Shown here piece by piece: positions 50,898 through 52,813 of a stretch of 52,813 nt of DNA. Source of the stretch: a virus; IMG/VR virus record IMGVR_UViG_3300025291_000002; one strand, given 5' to 3'. The translations under genes and the position numbers were made by a program. How positions within the stretch are numbered: position 1 is the stretch's first letter; every line of letters starts with the position of its first letter. Below the pieces are notes generated by a model that was not told the DNA's origin, made no database searches, and saw only the letters and a list, made by a program, of their open reading frames with translations.

Positions 50898-51914
50898 ATG
50901 AAGATCGATGCCCGGGTGACAACAGTCGACTTTGCTCGCGGGCTTATGGCGTGCGCCGTAATGATCTACCATCTACTCTACTGGGAAGGCATCGCAGACA
51001 TCGAGCGTATAGGGTTCTATGCGGTCTACGGTTTTTTCGTTATCAGCGGGTTTTCACTGCACATTGCCTATACTGGCAAGCTCGGTAATTCCGCTCAATT
51101 GTGCAAGTTCGCAATTCGCCGGTATGCCCGGATCGCGCCTTTGTTTTATACAGCGCTATTTTTTTACTTGCTTCAAAACGGACTCCCTGACCGGTGGCCG
51201 CTCCTGCTTCTGGCAAACTTCTCACTGGGGTTGGGTTTTATGAACCCCGGCGACACATCTATTCTAGTTGGGGGATGGTCTATCGGTGTGGAGATAGTCT
51301 TTTATGTCTTCTTCCCGTTGGCCCTAATGTTGGCTGCGCAATCTGTTCGGCGAATAACTGCAATTGCGGCAGTGGCACTGGTAGCCCAGATAATCTTCGT
51401 GAATTACGTCCTCGCCGGCCTGAACAGCACAGGAGAAGGATGGGTGCGATATACCCAACCAGTATCCTTCGCTGGATATTTCGTGATGGGCATGTTTTTT
51501 GCAGAGCTTTATAGAGCACGACCGTACATGAAGGGTGCGCCCGTCATGCCGAAGCTAGCATTATACTGCCTCGTCCCTTTCGTTGTGATCCCGGCTTCTG
51601 AGCCATTGGATCTTCTGCGAGGATGGCGAGGCCTTATTCTGGCGGCATCAACAATTGGCCTCGTCGGCGCCGCGGCGTTTATTGAAGAGCCAACGGGTCG
51701 CTTGCGCCAAGTCGCAAAGAAGTTAGGAGACCTCTCCTATTCGATCTACCTACTTCACCCGCTCGTGTTCATTTTTATTCGCGATCACGGTGTCCCGACC
51801 TCAACAGTCAGGATAGTCGCGACAATTGTGGTCTCTCTAATCGCAGCTAATCTTCTACACCGGTTCATCGAGATGCCGTGCCGTAATTTGGGGCGGCGGA
51901 TCACCTCGGGATGA
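50898..51914 (+). CDS. Acyltransferase-3 family membrane O-acyltransferase
   Basis: The start MKIDARVTTVDFARGLMACAVMIYH is typical of the family. About 10 TM helices. The ORF-track start at 50829 is probably too long. Confidence 0.75.
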   Translation: MKIDARVTTVDFARGLMACAVMIYHLLYWEGIADIERIGFYAVYGFFVISGFSLHIAYTGKLGNSAQLCKFAIRRYARIAPLFYTALFFYLLQNGLPDRWPLLLLANFSLGLGFMNPGDTSILVGGWSIGVEIVFYVFFPLALMLAAQSVRRITAIAAVALVAQIIFVNYVLAGLNSTGEGWVRYTQPVSFAGYFVMGMFFAELYRARPYMKGAPVMPKLALYCLVPFVVIPASEPLDLLRGWRGLILAASTIGLVGAAAFIEEPTGRLRQVAKKLGDLSYSIYLLHPLVFIFIRDHGVPTSTVRIVATIVVSLIAANLLHRFIEMPCRNLGRRITSG

Positions 51915-52813
51915 GGGATGCCAGGTTGTCGGCAAAGCCTTCTTCGAAGAAGTGCCCACTCACGCCATCAGGAACAGCCGGAAACTGGCGCGCCTGAACA
52001 AGGGTGGCGAGAGCTTCCGGGGATCGCACCAGCACGACGCCTTCGCTGCCTAGGACGTCAATCACAGATTCATGTGTTTCCAGCGCTAGAATGCCTGTGG
52101 GTGTCCCAATGCCGAGGGACTCGTAGTGACACGTCGAGGAGATGCTCAGATGCATGTCAGAGAGTGCGATCAACTGGTGGGTCCCAACTTCCGACTGGCC
52201 AGAGACAATGTTGATGCGTCGGTCGTCACCGAATTTTTCCCGATAGAAGCTTTCATCTCCATTGTAGGCAGGATGCATCTTGAGGTTCAACTTTACGTCA
52301 GGGCCACATTTTTGAAGGAAGCCGGCAAGAAATTCCCCCAGCTCTTCCATCGCAACGCCCTGCGCGGTAATTGTGAGGACAGGTGAGCCACCTGGCTTCC
52401 ATTCCCGTTCCCTGATACGTCGAGCATTATCGATGTAGGACGCACCAACGCACGCAATACGACCCTCTTTTTCGAGGAGCGTTCCGGACAGCGAAGCCTT
52501 AGAATGTTCGCCGTAAACCGCGAAAGTAGACGGGGCAAGCAAACCCATCCTCAGGTCTGGAGCGATGTCGTCCGGCAGGATGTTGGGGTGGATATTAGTG
52601 CAGACCCCATGCTGCACCTCGACAAATGGGATGCCCAACTGATCCGACGCATGCATCAAAGCGAACGCGCCGCTGTCGGCAGCGAGAACCGCTTTTGGTT
52701 TAATCCTCTTCAGCAACGCCTTATAGAGCCGCGTTCGCCACCAGAAGACATTAAACACTCTGGAAACACGCGCGGCATGGAATGCTACGAGACCCGTTTC
52801 CGATTGGAGTACA
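51901..52813 (-). CDS. C-terminal part of the junction-spanning GT-B-like polysaccharide transferase (unique part 51901..52686)
   Basis: Contains VQHG and LKMHP motifs, like the HG/HP pair of TagF-type and capsule-polymerase-type GT-B enzymes. The frame continues upstream across the window junction into 1..651. Its stop overlaps the acyltransferase 3' end by 14 nt. Confidence 0.7.
   Translation of the reverse strand, partial: VLQSETGLVAFHAARVSRVFNVFWWRTRLYKALLKRIKPKAVLAADSGAFALMHASDQLGIPFVEVQHGVCTNIHPNILPDDIAPDLRMGLLAPSTFAVYGEHSKASLSGTLLEKEGRIACVGASYIDNARRIREREWKPGGSPVLTITAQGVAMEELGEFLAGFLQKCGPDVKLNLKMHPAYNGDESFYREKFGDDRRINIVSGQSEVGTHQLIALSDMHLSISSTCHYESLGIGTPTGILALETHESVIDVLGSEGVVLVRSPEALATLVQARQFPAVPDGVSGHFFEEGFADNLASLIPR
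52687..52813. repeat. Terminal overlap copy B, identical to 1..127
   Basis: Same 127-nt string as the window start. Confidence 0.95.

Larger units (their letters stand above)
1..52813. mobile_element. Complete temperate siphovirus-type phage genome in circular form (unique length 52,686 bp)
   Basis: Packaging, head, tail, lysis, immunity, replication, recombination and integration modules are all present. attP is intact (not attL/attR). The first 127 nt equal the last 127 nt. Confidence 0.85.

Noticed and set aside
1-52813. CRISPR arrays, rRNA or complete tRNA genes, IS elements
   Set aside because: I noticed no regularly spaced direct repeats, no rRNA-like stretches, and no transposase-like ORFs or terminal inverted repeats while reading the window.

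Overview
The first 127 nt are identical to the last 127 nt, so this window is a circularly closed molecule with a unique length of 52,686 bp. It reads as a complete temperate siphovirus-type phage. The host is probably alphaproteobacterial (Rhizobiales-like), judged from the high GC, a GcrA-like regulator, a DUF3309 peptide and a GTA-like tail-tip gene order. On the minus strand, a Cro-like gene at 36.4 kb heads a long translationally coupled early operon. It encodes regulators, a RuvC-like resolvase, an SNF2-like helicase, an EndoVII-methyltransferase fusion, DnaB, and GcrA-like and LuxR-type regulators. A chain of four tiny ORFs follows, then TerS, TerL, portal, scaffold, decoration protein, capsid, connectors, major tail protein, G/GT chaperones, tape measure, tail-tip proteins and tail fibres ending at 3347. 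On the plus strand, a CI-type repressor (36.5 kb) sits divergent to cro. A second operator-guarded promoter at 38.0 kb drives a recombination and accessory operon (PD-(D/E)XK exonuclease, DnaQ-like exonuclease, RecT, Gp37/Gp68, DUF551, HNH). That operon ends in an excisionase-like gene, a tyrosine integrase, and an attP whose core is the 3' half of tRNA-Cys(GCA). A minus-strand lysis operon lies at 50.8-48.2 kb. The main accessory region is a lower-GC surface-polysaccharide cassette spanning the artificial window junction (50.9 kb through the junction to 3.3 kb). It holds an acyltransferase-3, a GT-B-type transferase split by linearisation, and two Wzy/ligase-like membrane proteins. The phage also carries two SGNH esterases, one at the C-terminus of a tail fibre and one signal-peptide-bearing copy inserted in the head module. 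Several sub-threshold ORFs, repeated operators, an attP arm-repeat architecture and an unexplained structured non-coding gap are also reported. All functional calls rest on motif recognition by eye and on gene order; no database search was possible.
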